Part shown: positions 1 to 12,952 of the stretch, piece by piece
Layout: every line of letters starts with the position of its first letter
Position numbering within the stretch: position 1 is the first letter of the stretch
Assembly: GCF_000008565.1 (NCBI RefSeq)
Contig: NC_001263.1
Location: 705,776-737,775, forward strand
DNA: 32,000 nt
Direction of reading: 5' to 3'
From: Deinococcus radiodurans R1 = ATCC 13939 = DSM 20539
Lineage (GTDB): Bacteria; Deinococcota; Deinococci; Deinococcales; Deinococcaceae
Notes under the pieces: generated by a model
Told to the model about the DNA's origin: nothing
The model's database searches: none
The model's input: the letters and a program-made list of their open reading frames with translations, nothing else
Position numbers and translations under genes: made by a program

Positions 1-123
1 TCGCCGCTCAGCGAACAGTATTTCTTCGGCACCCGGCCCTTTTCCAAGACCAATGAGGCGCTGGAAAAAGCCGGGCGCGGGCCGGTGGAGTGGCAGTTGC
101 CGGCCACGGTGACGGAGGAATGA
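1..123 (+). CDS. ung: Uracil-DNA glycosylase family 1, C-terminal fragment (5' end outside the window)
   Basis: Frame +1 is open from the window edge to TGA at 121-123. The translation [40 protein letters not shown] aligns by eye with the C-terminus of E. coli Ung (..[34 protein letters not shown]..), including the SPLS of the HPSPLS loop. Only 40 codons are visible. Confidence 0.6.
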   Translation, partial: SPLSEQYFFGTRPFSKTNEALEKAGRGPVEWQLPATVTEE

Positions 124-139
124 AGGTGAGGCACAACTG

Positions 140-1180
140 ATGCCGAGCCGCACCGAACTCCTCGCCGAGGAATACCTGCGCCGCGAGGGCCACGACCCGC
201 AGAAGTTCCGCTATGTCCACCCCGACGGCACGCCCTACACCGACGCGGACGGCCTCGCCCGCATTGCCCGGCTGGCGGTGCCCCCGGCGTATCAGGACGT
301 GTACGTCTCGCCCGACGCCGAGAACGAGTTGCAGGCCTTCGGGCGCGACGCGGCGGGGCGCTTGCAGTACCGCTATCACCCCGATTTCGTGCAGGCGGGG
401 GCGCTGAAAAAATGGCAACGGCTGACCCGCTTTGCCGGGGCGTTGCCCACGCTCAAAGTCGCCACCACCGCCGACCTGCGGGCGAGTGGCCTGCCGCCGC
501 GCAAAGTGATGGCGCTGATGACGCGGCTGCTGCACGTGGCCCGCTTCCGGGTGGGGAGCGACATCTACGCCCGGCAGCACAAAACCTACGGCCTGAGCAC
601 CCTGCGCCAGCGGCATGTGGTGGTGGACGGCAACACCGTGACCTTCCGCTTCAAGGGCAAGCACGGCGTGTCGCAGCATAAGGCGACGAGTGACCGCACG
701 CTCGCCGCCAACATGCAAAAGCTGCTCGACCTGCCCGGCCCCTGGCTGTTTCAGACGGTGGACGCGGGTGGGGGAGAGCGCCGCCGCATCCACTCGACTG
801 AACTCAACGCCTACCTGCGCGAAGTCATTGGCCCCTTTACCGCCAAGGATTTCCGCACCTGGGGCGGCACGCTGCTCGCCGCCGAGTATCTGGCGCAGCA
901 GGGCACAGAGAGCAGCGAGCGGCAGGCGAAAAAAGTGCTGGTGGACTGCGTGAAGTTCGTGGCCGACGACCTCGGCAACACGCCCGCCGTGACGCGGGGC
1001 AGTTATATCTGCCCGGTCATCTTCGACCGTTACCTCGACGGCAAGGTGCTCGACGACTACGAGCCGCGCACCGAGCGGCAGGAGGCCGAGCTCGAGGGCC
1101 TGACCCGTTCCGAGGGGGCCCTGAAACGCATGTTGGAAAGCGAGCGCACCCTGCGGCAGCGGGGCCGGGCGCTAAAATGA
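140..1180 (+). CDS. topIB: Type IB DNA topoisomerase (poxvirus-like bacterial TopIB)
   Basis: 346-aa ORF with an ATG start 16 nt after the ung stop. R137, K174, R239, N280 and Y289 (TRGSY289ICP) fall at the positions I recall for the characterised 346-aa D. radiodurans TopIB. Confidence 0.93.
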   Translation: MPSRTELLAEEYLRREGHDPQKFRYVHPDGTPYTDADGLARIARLAVPPAYQDVYVSPDAENELQAFGRDAAGRLQYRYHPDFVQAGALKKWQRLTRFAGALPTLKVATTADLRASGLPPRKVMALMTRLLHVARFRVGSDIYARQHKTYGLSTLRQRHVVVDGNTVTFRFKGKHGVSQHKATSDRTLAANMQKLLDLPGPWLFQTVDAGGGERRRIHSTELNAYLREVIGPFTAKDFRTWGGTLLAAEYLAQQGTESSERQAKKVLVDCVKFVADDLGNTPAVTRGSYICPVIFDRYLDGKVLDDYEPRTERQEAELEGLTRSEGALKRMLESERTLRQRGRALK

Positions 1181-1184
1181 CAGC

Positions 1185-1949
1185 ATGAAAAAAGCTTTCC
1201 TGACCCTACCCCTTCTCGCCTGCGGGCTGGCGCTGACTGCCTGCGCGCCCACGACCCAGGCGTCCACTCGCACCGAAGCGGCTCCAGCGACGGCCCAGGC
1301 CAATAAGCCGCTGATATCCGCCACCGGACAGCCGATTCACATGGCGCTGACCCCCACCTTTGCCGACCAGCCCGGCGACGTGTTCAAGGGGCTGGAGCAG
1401 GTGGGCGACCCCGGCGTGTGGGTGCTGCGTGACCGCACCCGCGCCGACGTGGACGGCCTCAAGGTGGAAGGCCGGGCGCTGCGTGAACCGATCAACGTGG
1501 TGCTCATCGACCTGTTCGCCAAGACGCCGCAGGACGCGCTGCTGCGAGCGACTGCCGCGCTCGACGCTGCGGGCCTCAAGCCGAGCGACCGTTACCCCCA
1601 CGGCTATCAGGCGTACCTGAACGGCACCTTCCAGCCCCAGGTGCCCGCCGGGCAGGCCTTCGCCAAGGGCGTCGGCAGCGCCCGCGAGGAGCGGCTGCGG
1701 CTCTTCGGCCCCTGGAAAACGGGTGACGGCTACGTGTTTCTCGCCGGTATCGCCGCACAGAACGTGACCGGGCAGGGCCGCACCTTCAGCGACTTCATGG
1801 TGACCCGCGAAGCGACTGCCGATGCTCTGAACAACCGCACGCCCTTCCGGAAAAAAGGCTACGTGGACCTGCTGAGCAAGGTGGACACCGCCCGCGAAAC
1901 CACTGCCGACCACGACGGCTGCGCGGTGGTGCTCGTCGCCCGCGAATAA
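1185..1949 (+). CDS. Lipoprotein of unknown function (possibly an LssY-C-like domain)
   Basis: 254-aa ORF starting 4 nt after the topIB stop. N-terminal signal peptide with lipoboxes (LLAC13 / LTAC20). GC3-rich codon usage. The family assignment is only a weak impression (EPINVVLID.., LRLFGPW.. blocks). Confidence 0.75.
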   Translation: MKKAFLTLPLLACGLALTACAPTTQASTRTEAAPATAQANKPLISATGQPIHMALTPTFADQPGDVFKGLEQVGDPGVWVLRDRTRADVDGLKVEGRALREPINVVLIDLFAKTPQDALLRATAALDAAGLKPSDRYPHGYQAYLNGTFQPQVPAGQAFAKGVGSAREERLRLFGPWKTGDGYVFLAGIAAQNVTGQGRTFSDFMVTREATADALNNRTPFRKKGYVDLLSKVDTARETTADHDGCAVVLVARE

Positions 1950-1970
1950 AAACCGGTTTTGACTCTTATT

Positions 1971-2000
1971 CCCACTACCTGCAGGTGGTGGGATTTTTGT
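1971..2000 (+). terminator. Rho-independent terminator after the lipoprotein gene
   Basis: cccactacct-gc-aggtggtggg hairpin (10-bp stem with one G.U pair), followed by atttttgt, 22 nt after the stop codon. Confidence 0.7.
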
Positions 2001-2096
2001 TGTGCAGCTTGTTTCTAAAATTCTGTACATCAGACTTGCGAGAGCCACACCGTAGAAAAGATCGAGCTATAAATCTGCAAAGTGTCGTCACAAAAT

Positions 2097-2125
2097 TTGC
2101 ATTTGTCCAGATTTATCTGTACATC
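2097..2125 (+). promoter_or_regulatory. Candidate sigma-70-type promoter for glnK-amtB
   Basis: TTGCAT (2097-2102), a 17-nt spacer, then TACATC (2120-2125), in the only AT-rich stretch upstream of glnK. The -10 element overlaps the second copy of the TCTGTACATC repeat. Confidence 0.25.
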
Positions 2126-2198
2126 CTGCACTGATTTCCCTATGCTGACCTTCGGAGCGGCTGCCGGAGTGCGCCGCGCGAGGCAAAGGGAGGACAGG

Positions 2199-2582
2199 AT
2201 GAAACTGATTACGGCAGTGGTCCGGCCCGAACGGGTGCAGCAGGTCAAGGAAGCGCTGTTTCAGGCGGGCATCAGCGGGCTGACGCTCAGCCGGGTCAGC
2301 GGGCACGGCGGCGAACAGGAACTCGTCGAGCACTACCGGGGCAACCGGGTGATGATCGAGTTCCGCGACAAGGTCGAATTTCGCATGGCGGTCAGCGAGC
2401 CGTTCGTGCAGCCCGCCATCGACGCCATCTGCCGGGGTGCCCGCACCGGCGAGGTGGGCGACGGCAAAATTTTCGTGCAACCGCTGGAACGGGTGATTCG
2501 CATCCGCACCGGCGAGGAAGACAGCTTGGCCCTGACGCCCGTGACTGAAACCCGGCTCGCGCCCCTCGGAGGTCACTCGTGA
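2199..2582 (+). CDS. glnK: Nitrogen regulatory protein P-II (GlnK type, adjacent to amtB)
   Basis: MKLITAVVRPERVQQVKEALFQAGISGLT.., YRG in the T-loop and GDGKIFVQPLERVIRIRTGEED match canonical PII. The ATG at 2199 is preceded by aaagggagga. The ORF-track start at 2082 is an upstream over-extension. The stop overlaps the amtB GTG (GTGA). Confidence 0.93.
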   Translation: MKLITAVVRPERVQQVKEALFQAGISGLTLSRVSGHGGEQELVEHYRGNRVMIEFRDKVEFRMAVSEPFVQPAIDAICRGARTGEVGDGKIFVQPLERVIRIRTGEEDSLALTPVTETRLAPLGGHS

Positions 2583-3898
2583 AACGCGCCCCCTACACTG
2601 CCGCTGCTACTACTGCCGCCCTGCTGCTCTTGCCCCTGCTCTCGACGGCCTTCGCTGCCGACGCCAAGCCGCACCTCGACACCGGCGACACCGCCTGGAT
2701 GCTGATGTCGGCGGCGCTGGTGTTCCTGATGACGCCCGGCCTCGCCTTCTTTTACGGCGGCCTGACCCGCGCCCAGAGCGTGCTGAACACCATGATGATG
2801 AGCATGGTCAGCATCGGCCTGGTCGGGGTGCTGTGGATGCTCGCCGGGTACTCGCTCGCCTTCGGGGATGGCGGCGCGTGGCTGGGGGACTTCGCGCACC
2901 TCGGTCTGAATGGGTTGGCGGGGCAGCTCACCGGCACCATTCCCACTTACGTCTTCGCCTCGTTTCAGGCCATGTTCGCCATCATCGCCGTCGCGCTGAT
3001 TTCGGGCGCGGTGGTCGAGCGGATGCGCTTCGGCGCCTTTATCCTCTTCGCCGCGCTGTGGACTCTGATCATCTACTCGCCGCTCGCCCACTGGGTCTGG
3101 GGCGCCAACGGCTGGCTGTTCAAGGATGGCGCGCTCGATTTTGCGGGCGGCACCGTCATTCACATCTCCGCCGGGGTGTCCGCGCTGGTGGCGGCCTGGC
3201 TGCTGGGGCCGCGCCTGGGCTACCCGCGCAACGCCCACGTGCCGCACAACGTCCCGCTGGTGTTGCTCGGCGCCGGGCTGCTGTGGTTCGGCTGGATGGG
3301 CTTTAACGCGGGCTCGGCGCTGGGGGCCAATCAGACGGCGGCCCTTGCCTTCATCACCACCCTGATTGCGCCCGCCGCCGCCATGCTGACCTGGCTGGGC
3401 TGGGAAAGCCTGAGCAGCAAGCCGACCGCCGTGGGCGCCGCCACCGGGCTGGTCGTGGGGCTGGTCGCCATCACCCCAGCGTGCGCCTTCGTGTCGCCCT
3501 GGGCCGCCGTGCTGCTGGGCATCCTGGGTGCCACCGCGAGCTACTGGACCGTGCAGGCCAAGCACCGCCTGATGGCCGACGACGCGCTGGACGTGTTCGC
3601 CTGCCACGGGGTCGCGGGCATCGTGGGGGCGCTGCTCACCGGTCTGCTCGCCTGGACCACCGGCAGCGGCAAGCCGATTGGCGCGCAGTTCATGACTCAG
3701 CTCATCAGCGTGGTCGCCTCGCTGCTCTACGCGGGGGTCGGCAGCTTCATCCTGCTCAAGCTGGTGTCGCTGGTTATTCCACTGCGGGTGCCGGCAGGGC
3801 AGGAAATCGCAGGCATCGACCTCAGCGCCCACCAGGAGCAGGGCTACAGCGAAAACGAACTCGGCATCGGGGCGCCAGTGTTCCTGGGCGGTGACTGA
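2579..3898 (+). CDS. amtB: Ammonium transporter (Amt family)
   Basis: 439 aa. Signal-like N-terminus followed by DTGDTAWMLMSAALVFLMTPGLAFFYGG, FAGGTVIHISAG and WFGWMGFNAGS, which are typical Amt/AmtB signatures. About 11 hydrophobic segments. Confidence 0.95.
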   Translation: MKRAPYTAAATTAALLLLPLLSTAFAADAKPHLDTGDTAWMLMSAALVFLMTPGLAFFYGGLTRAQSVLNTMMMSMVSIGLVGVLWMLAGYSLAFGDGGAWLGDFAHLGLNGLAGQLTGTIPTYVFASFQAMFAIIAVALISGAVVERMRFGAFILFAALWTLIIYSPLAHWVWGANGWLFKDGALDFAGGTVIHISAGVSALVAAWLLGPRLGYPRNAHVPHNVPLVLLGAGLLWFGWMGFNAGSALGANQTAALAFITTLIAPAAAMLTWLGWESLSSKPTAVGAATGLVVGLVAITPACAFVSPWAAVLLGILGATASYWTVQAKHRLMADDALDVFACHGVAGIVGALLTGLLAWTTGSGKPIGAQFMTQLISVVASLLYAGVGSFILLKLVSLVIPLRVPAGQEIAGIDLSAHQEQGYSENELGIGAPVFLGGD

Positions 3899-3925
3899 AG
3901 CATCTGACAACAGACAAAAAAGTGG

Positions 3926-3960
3926 GGGAGGCGGCGCACCGTTGAGGGGCCGCCTCCCTT
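3926..3960 (+). terminator. Probable terminator after amtB
   Basis: Perfect 10-bp GC-rich stem gggaggcggc (3926-3935) / gccgcctccc (3949-3958), about 28 nt after the stop. The trailing T-tract is weak (ttaccgttt). Confidence 0.5.
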
Positions 3961-4246
3961 ACCGTTTGCTCCAGTCATCCACTTCTCTAAGGAATTTCTA
4001 AGGCTTGATGAGGACGCCTATGTTGGGCGCGATGGAGCAGTACCCGCCGCGTGACGGGCAGGCGGCTTGGCCGGGACTCCTGCCCCCCGGAGAGCGGATT
4101 AAGCGTGTGTTAGGATACTCAGGAGTCTGACGCAATCATCACAAGGTCGGGCCATCAAGATTCACCGCTCTGCCCGCGCAACCTCATCCCCGGATGAGGC
4201 TTTCGTCTGGAGGGCGGTTGAAGAGTGAAGGGAAAGGAGGAGGGAG

Positions 4247-4564
4247 TTGGACGTTTCAAGTCGAGTCTTGAGTGAACTGGCGAGCCGCGAAGCCGCCCTC
4301 GATCAGCAGATCGAGCAGGCCCGCGAGGAAGCCCGGCGCGAAGTCGAGGCCGCCGAGCAAGAAGCCCGCCGGATCGTCTCGGAAGCCGAGACGCGCGCGC
4401 AGCAGCTGCAAGCGGAGCACGACCAGGCGCTGGACACCGAAACCAGCCGCATTCGTGAAGAAGCCCGCGCCCAGGCTCAGGCCCAGGCGCAAGACACCCA
4501 GGCGCGTGCCGCCGGGCGCGTGCAGCAGGCCGCCGAGCAGATTCTGAGGGCGGTGCTGCCGTGA
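4247..4564 (+). CDS. A/V-type ATPase peripheral-stalk subunit (G-like, first gene of the operon)
   Basis: 105-aa Glu/Ala/Arg/Gln-rich coiled-coil protein. TTG start preceded by ggaaaggaggaggg. The stop overlaps the next gene's GTG (GTGA). Position and size match subunit G in the Thermus atpGILECFABD operon. Confidence 0.75.
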
Positions 4565-6633
4565 TTAGTCCCATGCAGCAGGTCGTGATCGCCGTGCGCA
4601 AGCGCGAGAGTGACAACGTGATCACGGCCCTGCAAGACGCCGGCGTGCTGCACCTGCGCCCCATCGCGGAAGGCCCGCTGAGCACCGGCAACCTCGCCGG
4701 GCAAGACGCTCAGGAGCGCCGCGAGGACGAGCGTCTGCTCGCGCGTGCCGAGAGCACCATCGCCGAGCTCGGTGCCTACCGCCCCGCCCCCGCCCCCCTG
4801 CCCGCGCAGAGCGAGTGGGAAACCGTGGTGGAAGGCGCGGCGCAGCCGGTGTCACACCTCGCCAAGCGTCGCCAGGAGTTGCAGTCCGACCTCGAAGTCG
4901 ACCGCACCTACGGCGACGCTGTGCGGGCGCTCGCCCGGATGGTCGGGACACTGGACCGCAGCCGCCGCGTGGCGCTGGTGCCGTTCCTGATCGGCGCGAC
5001 CGAGAACCTGGGCGAACTCGACGGCGCTCTGCGCGAGAGCCTGGGCGACCGCTACACCGTCGCCTCGGAAGTGGTGGGGGCCAACCGGGTCGGCGTGATC
5101 GCCACCCTGAGCGCCGACCGTGACGCCGCCCGCGCCGCGCTCAGCAAAGCCCGTCTGGGCGAGCTGCGCTTGCCGGGCCGCTTCGACACCATGCCGCTGG
5201 GCGCCGCCGCCGACGAACTCGGGCGCGTGCGCCAGGGCGGCGACGACATGCAGCGCGCCCTGAACGCCGAGCGCGACCGGCTGGCGCAGCAGCATGGCCC
5301 GGCGCTGTACGCCGTGCGCGACGCGCTGAAAGACCGCGTGGCGGTGCACGACGTGCGCGCCGTGTCGGCCCGGGGCAAGTACAGCCTGGCGATGCAGGGC
5401 TACGTGCCCGCCGACCGGATTCCCGCGCTGCAAAGTACCCTGTCGCGCTTTGGCGACGCGGTGAGCTACGAGGTCTTCCCGGTCGACGAGCACCACGACC
5501 AGGATGTGCCGGTCGAGCTGAAAAACAGCGGCTACGTCACCCCTTTCCAGAACACCGTGATGGGCCTGATGAGCCTGCCCAAGTACGGTTCCTTCGACCC
5601 GACCTGGGTGGTTGCCCTGTTCGTTCCCCTGTTTTTCGGGATCATCATGGCGGACATCGGCTACGGCCTGCTGTTCCTTGCCTTCGGCATGTGGCTGCTG
5701 GGCAAGGCCCGGCGCAACGAGGGCTGGGACCTGAGCCTTTTCGGGGCCTACCTGCCGCCCGCCACCCTGCGTGACCTGGGCTTCGTGACCAACGTCATGG
5801 CCGGCTGGACCATCCTCTGGGGCTTCCTGACCGGCGAATTTTTCGGCACCCTGTTTGAGCACCTGGGCGTGTTCTACATGAACAACGACCTGCTCAACCG
5901 CCTGTGGGGCTGGACCGGCGTCCACTGGGGCGCCCACGCCGCCGAGGGCGGGCACAGCACCGGTCTGCTTCCCATCGTCTTTCCCCGTCTCGACACCGAG
6001 AACTTCGGCAACATCGCGCTGGTGTTCGCGCTGTGCTTCGGCATCCTGCAAGTGCTGTGGGGCTGGGGCATCCGCGTGCAGCAGGGCCTCAAGCACAACG
6101 ACCAGGCCCACGTCTGGGAAGGGCTCGCCATGTTCGGTGGCGTCGGCGCCCTGATTCTGCTGGGCTTCATCTCCAAGGCCGGCGCCGACTTCGGTGCGCT
6201 GTCCAACTTCGGTGACTGGCGCGTCCTGCTGATGATCCTGGGCTTCGTCCTGTTCATCGTGGGCTACCTGCGCGTCGCCAAGCAGTTCCCGCTGCTGCCG
6301 GTCGAACTCGTCTCGCAGGGCGGCTCGGTCGTGAGCTACGCCCGTATCTTCGCGGTCGGGCTGGTGTCGGCCATCCTCGCCAAGCTGTGCACCGACCTCG
6401 GCTGGTCGCTGTCGCAGCAAATCGGGTTCCTGGGCATCATCCTGGGCATCGTGATCGGCGCGCTGCTGCACTTCTTCGTGCTGGCGCTGACCCTGATCGG
6501 CCACATCCTGCAACCTATCCGTCTCCACATGGTCGAGTTCCTGAACCCCACCGGCTTCAACAACGAGACCAGCCCCCGTTACGCCCCCCTTCGCCGCCTC
6601 AGCCCCGCCTCCGATGCCGGGCAGGTCAAATAA
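4561..6633 (+). CDS. atpI: A/V-type ATPase subunit I (membrane a-subunit homologue)
   Basis: 690 aa, with a soluble N-terminal half and a polytopic C-terminal half ([10 protein letters not shown].. arginine-containing helix). Lies in the operon context. Confidence 0.9.
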
Positions 6634-6651
6634 TCTTCAGGAGAAACTGCC

Positions 6652-6957
6652 ATGACCAAGACCACCAAGATCGCCCTCGCCGCCCTCGTGCTCGCCCTCG
6701 CCACCACCGGCTTCGCGCAGGAAACCGTGACCACCGCCGGCAACGCCACCAACAACGCTGGCCTCGCCGCCATCGGTAAGGGCCTGGCCCTGGGCCTCGG
6801 CGCTCTGGGCACCGGCGTAGCGCAGGCCCGCATCGGCTCGAGCCTGGTCGGCGCCGCCGCCGAAGACCCCAGCAAGCTCGGTCAGCTGCTGCTCGTCTTC
6901 CTGCTCCCCGAAACCCTCGTGATCTTCGGCTTCCTGGCCCTCTTCCTGATCCGCTAA
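6652..6957 (+). CDS. atpK: A/V-type ATPase proteolipid subunit K (c/L ring)
   Basis: 101 aa. GLGALGTGVAQARIG and LLPETLVIFG (carboxylate Glu) are nearly identical in pattern to the Thermus L subunit, including the signal-like N-terminus. Confidence 0.92.
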   Translation: MTKTTKIALAALVLALATTGFAQETVTTAGNATNNAGLAAIGKGLALGLGALGTGVAQARIGSSLVGAAAEDPSKLGQLLLVFLLPETLVIFGFLALFLIR

Positions 6958-6959
6958 TC

Positions 6960-7517
6960 ATGGCCCTCGACAAGCTCCTCGAAAACGAAGCGCAGAGCGA
7001 GATCGAGCGCATTCGCGCCGAAGCTCGGGGACGCGCTGAGAAGATCGTGGCCGACGCCCGTGAACGCGCCCAGACGCTGCTCGACAGCCGTCAGCGCCTG
7101 CTGGAAAACCAGCGTCAGGCGGGGCTGGTGCGCGCCCGCTCGGCAGCCGACCTCGAACTCAACGCCGCGCGCCTGACCGCCAGCGAAAGCGGCGTCACGC
7201 AGGTCTACCAGATGGTCGAAGACTACCTGGGCAACGTGACCAGCGCCCCCGAGTACGGCAACATCCTGTCGCGCCTGATTCAAGAAGGCCTGCAAGCCGT
7301 GCCCGACGCCGAGGCCATCGAAGTCAACCCCGCCGAGATGAACGTCGCCCGCCACCTGGTGAGCGGCGTGGAGGTGCGCGAGAATCCCTCTATCAAGGGC
7401 GGCGTGCGTGTCGTGGCGCGTGGCGGCAAGAGCGGCGTGACCAACACCCTCAGTGGGCGACTCGAGCGGGTCAAGGCCGACATGGCCCCGCAGATCAGCC
7501 GCCTGCTCGCGGAATAA
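6960..7517 (+). CDS. atpE: A/V-type ATPase subunit E
   Basis: 185 aa. Charged N-terminal helix (EAQSEIERIRAEARGRAEKIVADARERAQ) and a globular C-terminus. Starts 3 nt after the atpK stop. Confidence 0.88.
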   Translation: MALDKLLENEAQSEIERIRAEARGRAEKIVADARERAQTLLDSRQRLLENQRQAGLVRARSAADLELNAARLTASESGVTQVYQMVEDYLGNVTSAPEYGNILSRLIQEGLQAVPDAEAIEVNPAEMNVARHLVSGVEVRENPSIKGGVRVVARGGKSGVTNTLSGRLERVKADMAPQISRLLAE

Positions 7518-7533
7518 GGTCGGAAAGGACTGT

Positions 7534-8507
<974 letters not shown>

Positions 8508-8511
<4 letters not shown>

Positions 8512-8855
8512 CGAAGGGCGAAAGCACCATGCAGCGCATCGCCGTCCTGAGCGACGCCGAAACCGCGACCGGCTACCGCCTGGCGGGCGCCACCGTGATC
8601 GAGGCGAGCCCGGAAGACGCGCTGCGGACGCTGGAGCAGGCCATCACGGACGGAGGCTACGGCCTGATCGCCGTGGACACCGGCCTGATTCCTGACCCGG
8701 CGACCGCTACGGCGCGGATCATGCGCGGGCGCGACCTGCCGATCCTGCTGCCGATTCCCAGCCTGCGTGACGCGTTTTCCAGCGACACCGTGGACGCCAA
8801 GGCGTACATGGGCAAGCTGGTGCGCGACACTATCGGGTTCGATATCAAACTGTGA
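8508..8855 (+). CDS. atpF: A/V-type ATPase subunit F
   Basis: 115 aa. IAVLSDAETATGYRLAG..GLIAVD pattern. ATGA overlap with the atpC stop. The internal ATG at 8529 (MQRIAV..) is an alternative start. Confidence 0.85.
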
Positions 8856-8861
8856 AGCAGT

Positions 8862-8931
8862 GTCTAAGGGTCTGAGCGTCTAGGGTCTATGCTGTTCTTT
8901 CTTAGACCTTTAGACCCTCTTCCCTTAGAAC
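8862..8931. repeat. Compound palindromic repeat inside the atpF-atpA intercistronic gap
   Basis: gtctaagggtct / gtctagggtcta on the left arm face tagaccttt / tagaccct / cccttagaa on the right arm. tctaaggg (8863-8870) pairs with cccttaga (8922-8929), and agggtcta (8882-8889) pairs with tagaccct (8911-8918). Confidence 0.6.
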
Positions 8932-8950
8932 TTTTCCGAAGGAGCATCAA

Positions 8951-12111
<3,161 letters not shown>

Positions 12112-12201
12112 AGGGCTGAGGGTTGAGAGCGCATGGCAAAAGACTTTGACCATGACCTCCCGACCCTCTACCATCACCACCAACGAGGGAGGTGAACACA
12201 A

Positions 12202-12876
12202 ATGGCAGGACAAATCAGCCCCACCCGCTCCGCGCTGCTCGCCAGCAAGGCCAGCCTCAAGACCGCCAACGGCGGCGCCGACCTGCTCAAGCGCAAGCGT
12301 GACGCCCTGATCGGCGAATTCTTTGCACTCGTCAAGGACGCGCTCGCCGCCCGTGAGCAGCTCTCGAGCGTGAGCAAAGGCGCGTATACCAGCCTCTTCG
12401 GCGCCAAAGCCTGGGACAGCCCCGAGGCCGTCGAGAGCCTGAGCCTCGCCGGGACCGGCGACTACGCCGTGGACATGCAGATCGAGAGCATCTACGGCGT
12501 GAAGGTGCCCAAGATCAACATCCCCGAGCGCGCCGCCCAGGCGGACTTCAGCCCGATCAACGTCGGCGCCCGCACCATTCAGGCGTCGAACGACTTCGGC
12601 GGGGTGCTCGAAGCCATCGTGAAGGTGGCGGCCACCGAAACCAAGCTGCGCCGCATCGGCGAGGAGATCAAAAAGACCTCGCGCCGCGTGAACGCACTTG
12701 AACAGGTGGTTATCCCCGGCATTCACGACGACATCCGCTTCATTCGCAGCGTGCTCGACCAGCGCGAACGCGAAGCCGGCTACACCCAGAAGAAGATCAA
12801 GGCCAAGATCGAGGGCAAGAACAAAGAAGCCCGCGAAGCCGCCGCCGCGACCAGCCACGGCAGCGCCGCCGACTGA
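12202..12876 (+). CDS. atpD: A/V-type ATPase central-stalk subunit D
   Basis: 224 aa. ISPTRSALLASKASLKTANGGADLLKRKRDALI is the typical N-terminus and RRVNALEQVVIP the C-terminal motif. SD gagggagg upstream. Confidence 0.93.
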   Translation: MAGQISPTRSALLASKASLKTANGGADLLKRKRDALIGEFFALVKDALAAREQLSSVSKGAYTSLFGAKAWDSPEAVESLSLAGTGDYAVDMQIESIYGVKVPKINIPERAAQADFSPINVGARTIQASNDFGGVLEAIVKVAATETKLRRIGEEIKKTSRRVNALEQVVIPGIHDDIRFIRSVLDQREREAGYTQKKIKAKIEGKNKEAREAAAATSHGSAAD

Positions 12877-12893
12877 AGTCGGTCAGCCAGAAG

Positions 12894-12921
12894 CCGCCCT
12901 CCATGTGGGGGCGGTTTTTTT
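12894..12921 (+). terminator. Rho-independent terminator of the ATPase operon
   Basis: ccgccc..gggcgg GC hairpin followed by a run of seven T, starting 18 nt after the atpD stop. Confidence 0.8.
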
Positions 12922-12952
12922 GTAGCAACGGACAGGTCATTAAACTGCCTCC

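Noticed and set aside
2082-2198. Upstream extensions of glnK (2082), atpC (7453) and the nucleotidyltransferase (22106) given in the ORF track.
   Set aside because: Canonical family N-termini (MKLITAVV.., MPDDYSYINTR.., MHAVILAGG..) start at internal ATGs that have good Shine-Dalgarno sequences. The extensions cross AT-rich promoter DNA or overlap neighbouring genes.
4020-4130. 36-codon ORF (MLGAMEQYPPRDGQAAWPGLLPPGERIKRVLGYSGV) in the 286-nt region upstream of the ATPase operon. The region also has a TGtTAGGAT extended -10-like element (4108-4116) and a small hairpin at 4182-4199.
   Set aside because: The ORF has no SD and no recognisable domain, and it overlaps the likely promoter. The promoter and hairpin calls are too weak to list as features without TSS data.
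12112-12201. Small bulged hairpin (catggcaaa-agac-tttg-a-ccatg) in the 90-nt atpB-atpD spacer.
   Set aside because: The stem is short and interrupted and there is no repeat structure. It is indistinguishable from chance by eye.
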